A DNA stretch of 64,000 bases, taken from the IMG/VR virus record IMGVR_UViG_3300025853_009406, positions 32,001 to 96,000 of that record, one strand, 5' to 3'. Source of the DNA: a virus. The notes beneath the pieces were generated by a model, which was given only the letters and a program-made list of their open reading frames with translations, searched no databases and was not told where the DNA came from. Positions 34,118-45,044 of the stretch are shown here, one piece after another (the stretch's first letter is position 1; the number at the start of each line of letters is the position of its first letter). A program made the position numbers and the translations under genes.

Positions 34118-36415
34118 TTAGATTTTGCAGGATTCACAATCCTCTTGTTCATACTCTTCTATTTGATTTAGTAAATCTTGAAGTTCTGATTTTTCTTCAT
34201 CAACTTCATCACTCTTACTATCGTAAGTATTTTGATAATAAGATGTCTTCCAACCGTACTTGTATGTGGTTAGTAAGTCTTTTGCCATTTCCGAAACAGG
34301 CACTTCTTTGTTTGGATAGTTTTCTGGATTATAAGACCAGTTTCCACTGATTGCCTGATCAAAGAACTTTTGAATGACTGAAATGCACTTGATGTATCCG
34401 TCATTATTTTCCATATCCCATAGAAGAGTATAGTTATTCTTCAGTGTAGAATAGGATGGAACAATCTGCTTAAGAGGCCCTTGTTTTGACTTTTTAATGG
34501 ACAAGTATCCTCTAGGAGGTTCGATTCCATTGGTAGCGTTTGACACAACGGAACTGCTTTCTGAAGGCATTTGTGCGGACAATGTTGAGTGCCTAAGACC
34601 GTGATCCAAGATGGATGCCCTAAGCTTCTCCCAATCACGTTCTAACTCCTGGTTGCTAATCTCGTCTACATCTTTCTTATATGTATCAATCGGAAGAATT
34701 CCATCTGCATACTTTGTACGACCAAAGTTTTCGCACCAACCCTTTTCCTTTGCAAGTTGATTAGAAGATTTCAAGAGATAAAACTGAAATGATTCTGAGA
34801 GACCATGAATTGCATCCCATGCTTCCTGAGAGTCATATTTAAACCCTAGTTTAGCAAGGTAATGTGCTAGACCAATAAAACCAATTCCAAGGGATCTACG
34901 TGCCCTTGTAGCGCGTTCTGCTGCCTTCACAGGATACTCCTGGTAGTCAATCAGTTCTTCGAGTCCACGGACGGAAAGATCACACAACTCTTCAAGTTCA
35001 GAATCCGATTTAATCTTACCAACATTAATAGCAGAAAGAATACACAGAGCAATCTCACCAAACTCATCATCAATATGAATGATAGGATCTGTTGGGAGTG
35101 TAATCTCTTGGCAGAGGTTAGACATGTTAACCTTGTCTTTAAAAGATGAGTGTGTATTGGAATGGTCGATATTCATAATGTAGATACGACCAGTCTCTGC
35201 CCTCTCCTTCAGAAGGTTTAGAATGAGTTCTTGAGCACCGATAGTTTTTCTTGGAATAGACTGATCTGATTCATAATCATTGTATAGTGCATCAAATCTA
35301 TCAGTACCAAAAGCATCATACAGAACAGGAACGTCGTGCGGACTGAAGAGGGAGATGTCTTGGTTGTTGATGAAACGCTCATAGAACAGCTTGCTGATTT
35401 GAATGGAGTAATCTAGTTTACGAACTCGGTTATCTTCTGTGCCTTTGTTGTTCTTAAGGACTAGAATGTCTTCGATTTCTTGGTGCCAGATTGGGAAGTG
35501 GACAGTCGCTGATCCACCTCTGATGCCATTCTGAGTGCAGCATCTGACAGTTGCTTCAAACTTTTTGAGGAAAGGGACAACGCCTGTGTGCTGAACTTCT
35601 CCGCCTCTGATTTTGCTGTTGATGCCACGGATGCGACCTGCGTTGATACCGATGCCCGCCCTTTGTGCAACGTATCTGCCAATAGCCATATCAGAGCTAA
35701 AGATAGAATCGAGGGTGTCATCAACATCAACAAGAACACAGCTAGCAAATTGTCGAAGTGGAGTTCGCACTCCCGCCATGATAGGTGTGGGAATGTTGAT
35801 TTTGTGTTTGGAGATGGCATCGTAGTAATCCTTAACGTATTTGAGACGTGTCTCTTTAGGATACTTGGAGAAGATGGTTGCCGCAATCAGAAGATACATG
35901 AACTGTGGCGTTTCGTAAAGAGAACCACTACTCCTATCTTGTACAAGATATTTATCTACAACTTGCCGTAATCCAGCATATGTAAACAAATAGTCACGAC
36001 TATGATCAATCATTGATTGAAGTTTATCAAACTCTTCATTAGTATAAAGATCCGCAATTTCTGCATCATAAACTCCTTTTTTGATGCATTCATCTACATG
36101 TTGTTTTACAGTCGGAACCTCATGCATACGTCCATACAGTTGCTTTCGAGTGGCAAACAAAAGCAGACGTGCCGCAACAAACTGATAGTTGGGGTGATCG
36201 AGGTCAATTAGGTCACTTGCAGAACGAATCAGGATCTCCTGAATCTCTGCTGTAGTAATACCATCATAAAATTGAATACCAGATTGCATTTCAACCTGAG
36301 AAGCAGAAACTCCTGCCAGATCTTTACATGCTTCCTCCACCATTACGTGAAGTTTATTTAAATCAAGAGGTTCAGTTTTTCCATTTCTTTTGACGACCTT
36401 TGTACCGTTACTCAT
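34118..36415 (-). CDS. nrdA: ribonucleotide reductase class Ia alpha subunit
   Basis: ATP cone VVKRNG, QFASCV, SNLCQEI, C-terminal CESC. Confidence 0.98.
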   Translation of the reverse strand: MSNGTKVVKRNGKTEPLDLNKLHVMVEEACKDLAGVSASQVEMQSGIQFYDGITTAEIQEILIRSASDLIDLDHPNYQFVAARLLLFATRKQLYGRMHEVPTVKQHVDECIKKGVYDAEIADLYTNEEFDKLQSMIDHSRDYLFTYAGLRQVVDKYLVQDRSSGSLYETPQFMYLLIAATIFSKYPKETRLKYVKDYYDAISKHKINIPTPIMAGVRTPLRQFASCVLVDVDDTLDSIFSSDMAIGRYVAQRAGIGINAGRIRGINSKIRGGEVQHTGVVPFLKKFEATVRCCTQNGIRGGSATVHFPIWHQEIEDILVLKNNKGTEDNRVRKLDYSIQISKLFYERFINNQDISLFSPHDVPVLYDAFGTDRFDALYNDYESDQSIPRKTIGAQELILNLLKERAETGRIYIMNIDHSNTHSSFKDKVNMSNLCQEITLPTDPIIHIDDEFGEIALCILSAINVGKIKSDSELEELCDLSVRGLEELIDYQEYPVKAAERATRARRSLGIGFIGLAHYLAKLGFKYDSQEAWDAIHGLSESFQFYLLKSSNQLAKEKGWCENFGRTKYADGILPIDTYKKDVDEISNQELERDWEKLRASILDHGLRHSTLSAQMPSESSSVVSNATNGIEPPRGYLSIKKSKQGPLKQIVPSYSTLKNNYTLLWDMENNDGYIKCISVIQKFFDQAISGNWSYNPENYPNKEVPVSEMAKDLLTTYKYGWKTSYYQNTYDSKSDEVDEEKSELQDLLNQIEEYEQEDCESCKI

Positions 36416-37383
36416 ATCTTTTTCCAATTGTTAAATTTAATCTTTGCTTGTAAACCAGAATAGGTATTTAATTTTAACATAGACATAACATCATGTCCAG
36501 AAAGAACCATATCATTGATATCTTTTTCTATGATGTTGGTTGGCCAGATGACGACTTTTTGATTTCTTTCGATACATCGTTCAATCCTTCCAACAATTTC
36601 TCGATTCCTGGGCTCGTTATCATAAACAAAAATGAGATCGCTTCCCTCAAGATAACCCAGGTCACCATCACTACCACACAAAGCCACGCTATTGTTGACG
36701 AAAGTGCTGTCAAAGGGTCCTTCGACCACATAGACAGGTAATTTTGTATTGATTGTGTCAAGTCCATATATCTTTGGTGCATTATCCGTAAGCATAATGG
36801 TGATATATTTATTGGGTGATTTATCTAGTGCTCTGCCCTGAAATCCCAATAAGTTCTTTTGCTCATCATAGAGAGGAATAATGATTCGACTATTGTCATA
36901 GTTGACATTATCGAAAGTTTGTTTCTGAGAATTTGTCCACTTTTTAAACTTTGGGGCGAAATAAAACTTATCTGGATTAAGTTTACGATTCTCCAAATAT
37001 TCTTTTGCGGCAGGAATCTCAGATGCTTTTGGTAGATCAATAGATTGCTTAAATAATGGTTTTTTAAATTCAAACTTCGGTTCTTCTACAACAAAGTTTT
37101 TGCCAGTATGTCCCTCTTTAAATTTCTCAATTGTATATTGCTTATGAAGTGTTGTATCTAACTGCTTCAAAAAATTATTCAAAGACATGCTAGCACCACA
37201 GTTATGGCACTTAAAGTTACTGTTATTCTTTACCTGATAAATGTAACCACGTGTCTTATTTTTATTTTTTTGAGAATCACCACAGATTGGGCAACGAAAA
37301 TTGAAAAGATTGTTTTTTACTTTCTTAAATTTCTGAAGACGGGTAGAAATTAGACTAATATATTTACTGTCAATAAGGTCCAT
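36412..37383 (-). CDS. gp61: DNA primase (gp61)
   Basis: RCPICGDS...CHNC Zn finger, EGPFDS, YDNEPRN, KDINDM. Confidence 0.96.
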   Translation of the reverse strand: MDLIDSKYISLISTRLQKFKKVKNNLFNFRCPICGDSQKNKNKTRGYIYQVKNNSNFKCHNCGASMSLNNFLKQLDTTLHKQYTIEKFKEGHTGKNFVVEEPKFEFKKPLFKQSIDLPKASEIPAAKEYLENRKLNPDKFYFAPKFKKWTNSQKQTFDNVNYDNSRIIIPLYDEQKNLLGFQGRALDKSPNKYITIMLTDNAPKIYGLDTINTKLPVYVVEGPFDSTFVNNSVALCGSDGDLGYLEGSDLIFVYDNEPRNREIVGRIERCIERNQKVVIWPTNIIEKDINDMVLSGHDVMSMLKLNTYSGLQAKIKFNNWKKI

Positions 37384-37856
37384 TATTCACCGATTTCGTG
37401 GATTACTGGTTGTTCGTGAACAAGAACACGATATAGTTCAGGGTTATTTCCAGCACTTACAGGAATAAACTCTGTATCTGGATTAAACTCTGAGTCACGA
37501 ACTGCCTGATTGATTACAATAGAACCATCTGGACCCGAAATACTACGATGATATGTTCCGATAGGAACTACTAGTGCCCCACTCTTACGATTCATGTGAA
37601 CAATGTGATAAGGAAACTTCCAATCAAAGTTCACAAGTTCAAACGTTCTTTCACCTGAGAGGACACGATTATGGTCCACTTGATGATGGTGGATGTAGAA
37701 CTGTTTTGCACCGATGACATCGTCTGGTGGTGAAACTGCTGGTCCTTCGTGTACCACAAGATCAGATGCGTTTGAATCATCTACCGAAATATCATAAAAA
37801 ACAACATCGGGGGTCTCACGAAACACCCGATGCTTACGAAACTGAACCGAACTCAT
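37383..37856 (-). CDS. cupin-fold hypothetical protein
   Basis: HxHQxD...G...F and PxGTYH motifs. Confidence 0.6.
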   Translation of the reverse strand: MSSVQFRKHRVFRETPDVVFYDISVDDSNASDLVVHEGPAVSPPDDVIGAKQFYIHHHQVDHNRVLSGERTFELVNFDWKFPYHIVHMNRKSGALVVPIGTYHRSISGPDGSIVINQAVRDSEFNPDTEFIPVSAGNNPELYRVLVHEQPVIHEIGE

Positions 37857-37864
37857 TCGGAAAC

Positions 37865-38281
37865 CTACTTTGCTCCGTCAATTATAACCTGAGGTGGTTG
37901 ACTTGTCAACAAAGATGGTATGAGATGACTTCCAGCAGTAATGAGAGATACTGAAAGAATCAAAACTCCACCAAGTTGCCATCTAAATTTTAATAAACCT
38001 TTTATTTCTAATTGAACTTTATCAATTCTTTCATGCAATACAGCGTGTGTCTTTTCTTCAGTCAACTTCATTTCATCAATCATTTTTATGATGATGCCAT
38101 CAGTTTTAATACTTTGATCAATTCTCTCATCATGTTTTGTTAATATCTGTGCTATACGATTATTACCTTCCGAAATTTTATCTACAGCTGCTTCCAACTT
38201 CGCAAGCATCTCTCTAGAGAGATCTTCGTACATGTCTAATTTAGATTCTAAGACTGCTATTTTGGGATTTTGACCAAACAT
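37865..38281 (-). CDS. coiled-coil protein with a C-terminal transmembrane segment
   Basis: Heptad pattern and hydrophobic tail. Confidence 0.65.
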   Translation of the reverse strand: MFGQNPKIAVLESKLDMYEDLSREMLAKLEAAVDKISEGNNRIAQILTKHDERIDQSIKTDGIIIKMIDEMKLTEEKTHAVLHERIDKVQLEIKGLLKFRWQLGGVLILSVSLITAGSHLIPSLLTSQPPQVIIDGAK

Positions 38282-38472
38282 TATTTGCCCCTTAAATATT
38301 GCAACCACCACTTACGAGAATTCAATCCACCTTTTGCATAAGTCTTTTTATTTCTTTTTCTGACAGGAGGCAAATCTCCAGCTTCATGAGTTCCAGCAAT
38401 TTGACCAGAACCTAAAGTCATTCCCTCCTCATTTAGAGTTCTAACAATAGAAATAATCTTGTTTATATCCAT
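38281..38472 (-). CDS. hypothetical protein
   Basis: ORF coupled to both neighbours. Confidence 0.55.
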   Translation of the reverse strand: MDINKIISIVRTLNEEGMTLGSGQIAGTHEAGDLPPVRKRNKKTYAKGGLNSRKWWLQYLRGK

Positions 38473-38843
38473 TAGATAGAGTTTAATGTGCGTGTACAAT
38501 AATCATCATCAGGTATATTATTTAATTCAGTTTTTGGATATTCTGGTATTCTTTTAAGAAAAATTAAAAAACTTTTTAGCGATGGCCACAAGTCTTCTTC
38601 CATATTATAGAAAAGCAAAGGAACTGCGGCATCATCAAATACATTAAATAAGACAGTTAAATGATTAAGTAAAAGATGGGACTTTAAAATCCCATCTTTT
38701 CTATATTTACGCAATAATTTTTTTATATATCGTATTCTCTTCAAATCCTCATCAAAATCATCCTTAGTCAAAGCTTGGGGATTATTATAAAATTTTATAG
38801 CGAAAAGCATATAATTACTTTCCGTCAATTCATTAAATCTCAT
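38472..38843 (-). CDS. conserved T4-like phage hypothetical protein
   Basis: FAIKFYNNP...FDEDLKRIRYIK...LLNH..LFNVF. Confidence 0.75.
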   Translation of the reverse strand: MRFNELTESNYMLFAIKFYNNPQALTKDDFDEDLKRIRYIKKLLRKYRKDGILKSHLLLNHLTVLFNVFDDAAVPLLFYNMEEDLWPSLKSFLIFLKRIPEYPKTELNNIPDDDYCTRTLNSI

Positions 38844-38859
38844 ATTACATCAGTCTAAA

Positions 38860-39384
38860 TCAAGAATCAGGTAAGATATCATCGTCTGCGGTTCCACCAG
38901 GACCAGCATCTCCAGTAATGTGGCTACCTGCAACTAATACTTCAGTCTTAACTCTAAGTACTTGTCCACCAGCACCATCTGTTCCCATGTAGGTTGTAAT
39001 TCCAACCCATCCAGCATGAGCAGGTTTGTATTGTGACCCATCGTCAACGGCAGCAGTTTGCTCTGCTACATCTACACCATAAATTTCCTCACCACCCCAA
39101 TTGGAGTCTTCATTGACATAAACTGGTTGCTCAGAAATGTTATATGTTACAGCACTAATTGCAGTTCCATCAAGACCAGTGGTATTGACGATTGTGCATG
39201 TGGTATTTCCTGTACGCTCATTTATAACTGCGCTTCCTTTACCTGTAATGGTAATAACCGCACCCTCAATGGTGGCAGCAGCAGGAAGAGTGGCACCACC
39301 AGCGAAAGTTGCAACCTTAGTTGTAAGGTCAACGCTAACGGTACCAGTCGAGTATAAAGAGTCTGATGATCCCCAAAGAGACAT
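38860..39384 (-). CDS. putative virion protein
   Basis: MSLWG...HAGWV...RVKTEVLVA; TATAAATA at 39414-21. Confidence 0.65.
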   Translation of the reverse strand: MSLWGSSDSLYSTGTVSVDLTTKVATFAGGATLPAAATIEGAVITITGKGSAVINERTGNTTCTIVNTTGLDGTAISAVTYNISEQPVYVNEDSNWGGEEIYGVDVAEQTAAVDDGSQYKPAHAGWVGITTYMGTDGAGGQVLRVKTEVLVAGSHITGDAGPGGTADDDILPDS

Positions 39385-39423
39385 GTTTTCTTACCTTTAA
39401 TTCTTTATATTGATATTTATAAA

Positions 39424-39627
39424 TTATTCCGCTTCCCTGGCAAGAATCGCTTTCTTAACAACTTCAAGAAGTTGATCGTCCATATCAGTTTTAGTTAACT
39501 TAACCGCTTTACCCAAGATAATAAGACAGATCTCAACCAACTTTTCACCGAGTTCTTCGTTTTCTGGAATTTTGTTAACGGCATCTGAGATTACCTTTGA
39601 GGCGATTGGGAGTAAAAATGCAAGCAT
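39424..39627 (-). CDS. hypothetical protein
   Basis: 67-aa ORF. Confidence 0.65.
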   Translation of the reverse strand: MLAFLLPIASKVISDAVNKIPENEELGEKLVEICLIILGKAVKLTKTDMDDQLLEVVKKAILAREAE

Positions 39628-39663
39628 GATCTTATACCAAATGATCTACAAATATATAGGAGA

Positions 39664-40059
39664 TCATTTTTTATTTTTTGCTGCTTCCACTTCTTTTGTA
39701 AAGTCTTTGAATGATTTTCTTCCAGGAGAATCGGCATGTTTAAATGTACGTTTCTTTTTAGAAGACTTATCAATTTCCCTCATTTTCAAAGCATCGCTAA
39801 CTTTTCTTCTCAAACTTGGTCTTCCTATAGGTGGTTTAGTCTTATCAATCGCTCTCGCAATTTTTAAACCAACACCTTCTTCAACTTTCTTCTTTTCAGG
39901 AAGACCTTTATGCTTAGTAGAAGCAAAGTCTTTTACATCCTTCTTTTTCATAGAGGCAGCAACTTCGGCAGTTTCGGGAGTTGTAGGTGCCATCTCACCT
40001 TTTTGGATGGCACGAACTATTCCAAAAAACTTTTGCTGGGCTTTAGATACTGCAGGCAT
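39664..40059 (-). CDS. basic hypothetical protein (DUF3008-like N-terminus)
   Basis: MPAVSKAQQ...DFASTKHKGLP. Confidence 0.65.
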   Translation of the reverse strand: MPAVSKAQQKFFGIVRAIQKGEMAPTTPETAEVAASMKKKDVKDFASTKHKGLPEKKKVEEGVGLKIARAIDKTKPPIGRPSLRRKVSDALKMREIDKSSKKKRTFKHADSPGRKSFKDFTKEVEAAKNKK

Positions 40060-40060
40060 A

Positions 40061-41230
40061 TCACTTCCTTTGGGTTTTCTTTGCCATAACTGCTTTATCA
40101 CCGTACTTTGCTTTAAGATCTCCAACTACTTTATCAAATGCAGACATTTGAGTGTCTCCAGATGATTTCTTCTTAGGACCTGTTGCTGTTCTGGGGGGAC
40201 GACGATAATCAGTATTACCGTCAACACCACCACGCTCCATACGCTGATCTCTTAGACGATCTTCCGCAGATTCAATCATATCACCTTCCATATCATAAGA
40301 CATTTTGATACCCATTGCTCTCAACTTGTTCCTACCAAGATTAATTTTTGTCTTCATAGATCTTGGATCTTCATCATTGTTTTTCTCTTCAGGTTTACTA
40401 GAATCACAACCCTCACTATAATTCAAAGGAAGTTTTCCTTGCTTTTGCATTTGCATTGTCTGCCTTTGAAGCATCATTTTCTTCTGAAGCATTTTTTTCT
40501 TCATTTCAATTTCTTTTTGATCCTCTGGATTAGCAGACTCAACAGTTGGCTTCAAGTTAATATATTTTTTATTATTAACTTTTTTACCAGTTATTTTATC
40601 ACCACAGGATCCACAATCTTTTTCATAGATAACTTCTTCACCAACAGATTCTTTTCTAGTATCTTGCCCATCAGGTTTTCCACCCTTCTTACGCTGAATA
40701 GCGTTATGAACTGCACCAGCATGTTCTTTAGAAGAAGATTCTACTTTACCATCTCCATCATAATCTTTCTTTGCCTTTTTCTTAGTACTATCATAAGAAG
40801 TCATTTCAACTGAGGCAATATTTGGATTTGCGCGAAGTTCTGCAATCTTTGCACGAGTCGCATCTCTTGTGTATGAATTACCAGTCTTCTTATCAGTTAC
40901 TCTAATATGATACTTTTGGTCCTCTTCTGTAAAAACTTTTTTAAAAACACTTTTTACAGTATCTTCTGCAAGTTGTGGAATATTATACTCTTCTTTTAAT
41001 CCACCAGTAAGTTTTTTCTTTGCTAAAGCTTTAACAGCAGAGGGTGCTGGAGATTTTGCCAATTGTGCAAGATAAGCTTTTGCAACTTGAGCAGGATTAA
41101 GATTAGTTTGTCCACTCAGGGATTTTCTAACTTTGTATTTTACATCTGATGCAAGTTGGGATGCTTGCTTTTCAATATCAGTATCACCAGCGGCATGACC
41201 ACGGCGAGCACCGCCTGTATTTTTAGACAT
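40061..41230 (-). CDS. charged low-complexity protein, possibly an internal head protein
   Basis: K/E-rich, LKEE-type motifs, late-promoter box upstream. Confidence 0.6.
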   Translation of the reverse strand: MSKNTGGARRGHAAGDTDIEKQASQLASDVKYKVRKSLSGQTNLNPAQVAKAYLAQLAKSPAPSAVKALAKKKLTGGLKEEYNIPQLAEDTVKSVFKKVFTEEDQKYHIRVTDKKTGNSYTRDATRAKIAELRANPNIASVEMTSYDSTKKKAKKDYDGDGKVESSSKEHAGAVHNAIQRKKGGKPDGQDTRKESVGEEVIYEKDCGSCGDKITGKKVNNKKYINLKPTVESANPEDQKEIEMKKKMLQKKMMLQRQTMQMQKQGKLPLNYSEGCDSSKPEEKNNDEDPRSMKTKINLGRNKLRAMGIKMSYDMEGDMIESAEDRLRDQRMERGGVDGNTDYRRPPRTATGPKKKSSGDTQMSAFDKVVGDLKAKYGDKAVMAKKTQRK

Positions 41231-41245
41231 GGAAATCTCGTAATT

Positions 41246-42463
41246 CTACTTTTTTCTATATTTATTTATGAATTGCTTACTCCAACATCCTGGCACCATA
41301 CCTTCAACATACTTCCTATAAGAATCTGTACCAACAAGTCTTTGATCTGCAGGAACTCCTTGTTTTGCTTTACTATTTACAACCGCTTCATTTACATCCT
41401 TAATCCAAGACTTAAACATAATCTTATCTTCAGTTACACAAATTAAGTAATTAGTTCCACGACGAATTATCTTACCAACTAATCCAGTATTTACATTCTC
41501 TACAATTTGACCTACTTTGAAAATTTTATTATTAACAAAGTTTTCACGAAGATTTTTCCAATCAAATTTAGGAGCAATCTCCCAGAGATTCCATCCTTCT
41601 TTAATTTGCATAGCAGTGCGAAGATTATTGTAAAGTTCTCTTGCCTGCTTATTATTCAAAGTTGATGGAACACCTTTGCGGAATGATGCAAAGTCTCCTT
41701 CTGCTGCTGCCTTTCTCTGCTTGGATGCAGACATGCCAGAAACATCATCACCATCAGGATCTCTATCACCTGCCGAACGAACTTCTACATTATCAAAAGC
41801 ATATAATTTTCCATTATAATTGTTTGAAAGATTTTCAAATTCTTTTACCCTGTCTCCACCACCGATAATACGAACACCAGAATATCCATCCATGTGCGCC
41901 TTCTTCAAGACATCAAATATAGTACGATTTTGTGGGTCATTAACAATTTTCTCACTATGCTGAGGGAACATCTGACGCATCACAGATACTTTAGTATCAG
42001 CATCTAATGGATTTTTTTTCTTATCATTAGATCTTGAAGGGACAATAATATAATCACCATCATCAGAACTTGATGCTACGGTATCCAAAAGTTTTTCATG
42101 ACCAGTTGTTGGTGGATTAAAACGTCCAAATGCAATAGTCAGTGTACCTTTAGTTTTTTCAACCTCTGGTGGAACCATAGGTGGTTTTTCTGATGTTGGT
42201 TGTTTTTGAGTTTCAACTCCTGCTGCTGGTTCTGAAGTCGTATTTGAAAGATTTTTTTCCTTATCAGTTTGTGGAGGATCTTGCTTCCCAACTCTTTGTC
42301 TTTTATTAAAAAACTTTAATCTTCCTTTTTCCGTTTTCGCTACAAATTCACCATCTTTATCATACCAACCACCATGACCATCACTCTGCAATCCCATTCT
42401 AGAAGCTTGTTGGACTGCTACTGATGCTGATGCTTCCTTGATAAAATTTAAAAAACTTTTCAT
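41246..42463 (-). CDS. cytidylyltransferase-like (HxGH fold) protein
   Basis: FGRFNPPTTGHEKL, GGDRV, MSASK. Confidence 0.85.
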   Translation of the reverse strand: MKSFLNFIKEASASVAVQQASRMGLQSDGHGGWYDKDGEFVAKTEKGRLKFFNKRQRVGKQDPPQTDKEKNLSNTTSEPAAGVETQKQPTSEKPPMVPPEVEKTKGTLTIAFGRFNPPTTGHEKLLDTVASSSDDGDYIIVPSRSNDKKKNPLDADTKVSVMRQMFPQHSEKIVNDPQNRTIFDVLKKAHMDGYSGVRIIGGGDRVKEFENLSNNYNGKLYAFDNVEVRSAGDRDPDGDDVSGMSASKQRKAAAEGDFASFRKGVPSTLNNKQARELYNNLRTAMQIKEGWNLWEIAPKFDWKNLRENFVNNKIFKVGQIVENVNTGLVGKIIRRGTNYLICVTEDKIMFKSWIKDVNEAVVNSKAKQGVPADQRLVGTDSYRKYVEGMVPGCWSKQFINKYRKK

Positions 42464-43650
42464 TTATCCCAATTTTTCGCTACTGTAAAGTTCGCTTTAC
42501 TAAATTCTAAACGATCTACAAGTTTTAATGCAGATCCAGATTTGATTGCAACAAATCCTTCTGGTGAAGTCTGTCTGTAACCATCTTCGGTGTTTATAAA
42601 CGTCCCGAGAGATTTAACCTTTTCAAGTTGTCTAATTACAATTGTTTTTGCAGTTTGAAGATTCATATAAGAAGCAACTGTCATATAAACAGATTGCTTA
42701 TTTTTTTGTATGAAATTCAAACCATCTATCTTCATCTTTAGATATTTATTCTTAGTTGTTTTTGTCTTTTTGGACATTATTTCTTTATCCAAGACATCAG
42801 AATAATAATTTGAAAATTGTGATGTTACTTCTCTAACGTTTGGCAAACGTTTTCCGTTCTTAACATAGGTATTGAAATACATTTTAAAAAGTTTTGACAT
42901 GATGAATTTCGATTCGCCTGTAGATGTCAAAACATCTAAAAATTTAGAAGCTTGCTTTAATGATCCTTCAGCCCGATTTACTGCAGATATATATTTCCTA
43001 TATTCTGGTTCAGTAAAATTAGCAATTCCAGTTGCATCAGTAAAAGAAGCAGATGCAACATAAACATCAGATGTTTTAGTCAAATTGGAAGTATTAGCAC
43101 CAAATGAAGCAGACATTTCTGGAATAGTTTCTCCAGTATATTTTGTATGGAATACTATTCCTATTTTTGCAGTTTTAATAATATCCGCTAATGGAGATTG
43201 AATATCGACAGCATATGTTATTGTATTTGGTCTAAAAGAAATTACTCTTTCACCATTAATTGTTTGTACAGATTTATCATCAGTAAACAAAAGATCTCCT
43301 TGCAAAACTCCAGTTATGTTTAATTTTTTCAAGTGCTTCAAACATAATTTTAATTTTGCTGCCAATTGCCCAGTATACCAAAGATCAATATCTTCTTCAT
43401 GATAGCATATCTTAGGTTCTGTTTTTGCAAAAACTGATTTCGTTCCAACAAAAAATAAATTTGTTTGTGGATCTACACCACAAACAATAGCTGGAGCACC
43501 ATCCCATTTAGTGGTAACACTAATTGATGATGTTTTTTGATGTAGCATATCACCAAGTTCTCTCAAAAATGCTATAGCATTTTTTCCACCATCGGATCCA
43601 TTATTAAGAATGTCATCTTCTAAATGTTCTAAGTGTGTGTTCTTTGCCAT
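42460..43650 (-). CDS. conserved T4-like phage protein (ligase-like nucleotidyltransferase motifs)
   Basis: HLEHLED, TKWDGAPA, QGDLL, EGFV, KLVDRLEFS. Confidence 0.7.
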   Translation of the reverse strand: MAKNTHLEHLEDDILNNGSDGGKNAIAFLRELGDMLHQKTSSISVTTKWDGAPAIVCGVDPQTNLFFVGTKSVFAKTEPKICYHEEDIDLWYTGQLAAKLKLCLKHLKKLNITGVLQGDLLFTDDKSVQTINGERVISFRPNTITYAVDIQSPLADIIKTAKIGIVFHTKYTGETIPEMSASFGANTSNLTKTSDVYVASASFTDATGIANFTEPEYRKYISAVNRAEGSLKQASKFLDVLTSTGESKFIMSKLFKMYFNTYVKNGKRLPNVREVTSQFSNYYSDVLDKEIMSKKTKTTKNKYLKMKIDGLNFIQKNKQSVYMTVASYMNLQTAKTIVIRQLEKVKSLGTFINTEDGYRQTSPEGFVAIKSGSALKLVDRLEFSKANFTVAKNWDK

Positions 43651-45014
43651 TATGCTTGAACTCCAAGTCTGTCGTTAAGTGGTGAACCTTTGGATGCTTT
43701 AGTTCTCAATACAAGTCTACTGTTTACATTAAATTCATTATGAAACTTGTTCTCAATCTTGAACTCTGGCATCCCGTTGTTGTTAATCTTGAACTTATAA
43801 TAAGACACTTTCTCCATGAGAAAGTCCCTAACAATTTCAAGATAGTTAAGACCACTAGTGCGTCTTTGACTAATCTTTCCTACAGCAACTGCCATTAGAT
43901 AAGAAAGTTGATTGTACTTACCTTTCGCTCCAGTGGTCAAAGATGGATTGCTAAGATACCTTGCACCACTCATCCAAGTATCGTACATTGAATTCCAGGT
44001 TTCCATATTATCATCGATGATTGTATCAGTAAAATTTTGATGTGAAGGGTTCTCTGGTATGATCTTATCTAGATTAGCAGGTAGAACGCTCTTAAAGGGT
44101 TGAGTCTGTGCCAGATATCTGATTGTCTCATATGTGGTCTCGGCAACGCCCTTATTGGTTTGACCTAAAAGACGAAGAACTTCATATTCTGGAGTATTCT
44201 TAAACTTAATGATAAAAGCATCTCGTGCATTATCATCCACAAATTTCATTAGGTCTTGTGGTTTAATAACGTTAGTTGTGGAAGACATTGCTTTCACAGA
44301 GAAAGGATACTCTCTACCTTCAGTGTCATTTATTATAAAATCAACCAAAGGATAATTTCCTGCTGTTGGCACAAATATAGATGCATTATTCACATTCAAA
44401 TTGGCAAAACCCATCTTTACCAAATAGGAACTTCCTCTTTGTAAGACACATATTGGTGCTATTAATTCACTAAAATCTTTAATTATTAGATTGACACATG
44501 AACTATAAGCAGAATCATTTAGTAAAGAATATGCTGAAACTAAATCTACTCTATCTCTCTGACTATGTGTATTACAATATTCAACCAATTGAATAAGATA
44601 GTTTTTTACAACATCTGGTAAATCAGATCTATTATTAATAGATCCCATTATATTATTATAATAGTCCGAAAAACTTAATCTAGTACCACCAACATTTGGA
44701 AAATCTTGTGGTTTTAATGAAAAACTAACTCTATTAGATCCAGTTGAAGGTTTTCTTATTCCTAAACTTCTAACCCAACCCTGTACTGGATCATTATCAC
44801 CTTGCCTGTATGTAACAGGCATTCTGGGAATATAGTTTGGTGCATTTATTGGTCCAACATGTATTACTGCATTTTTAGGAATCGTACCAACTTTCTTAGC
44901 AGTTCTGCTACTACCATTATAGAGTATTAGATCTTCTTTAGATGTAGTTTGTACTCCTCTTCTAAAGGCAGAAACATATCTACTCCACACTTGATTAAGT
45001 GGTCTTGCAGACAT
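43650..45014 (-). CDS. hypothetical protein, possible PD-(D/E)xK nuclease
   Basis: 454-aa ORF; NYPLVDFII...FSVK motif. Confidence 0.5.
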   Translation of the reverse strand: MSARPLNQVWSRYVSAFRRGVQTTSKEDLILYNGSSRTAKKVGTIPKNAVIHVGPINAPNYIPRMPVTYRQGDNDPVQGWVRSLGIRKPSTGSNRVSFSLKPQDFPNVGGTRLSFSDYYNNIMGSINNRSDLPDVVKNYLIQLVEYCNTHSQRDRVDLVSAYSLLNDSAYSSCVNLIIKDFSELIAPICVLQRGSSYLVKMGFANLNVNNASIFVPTAGNYPLVDFIINDTEGREYPFSVKAMSSTTNVIKPQDLMKFVDDNARDAFIIKFKNTPEYEVLRLLGQTNKGVAETTYETIRYLAQTQPFKSVLPANLDKIIPENPSHQNFTDTIIDDNMETWNSMYDTWMSGARYLSNPSLTTGAKGKYNQLSYLMAVAVGKISQRRTSGLNYLEIVRDFLMEKVSYYKFKINNNGMPEFKIENKFHNEFNVNSRLVLRTKASKGSPLNDRLGVQA

Positions 45015-45044
45015 TTTTTAACAACACACTTTCTTTTATTTAGT

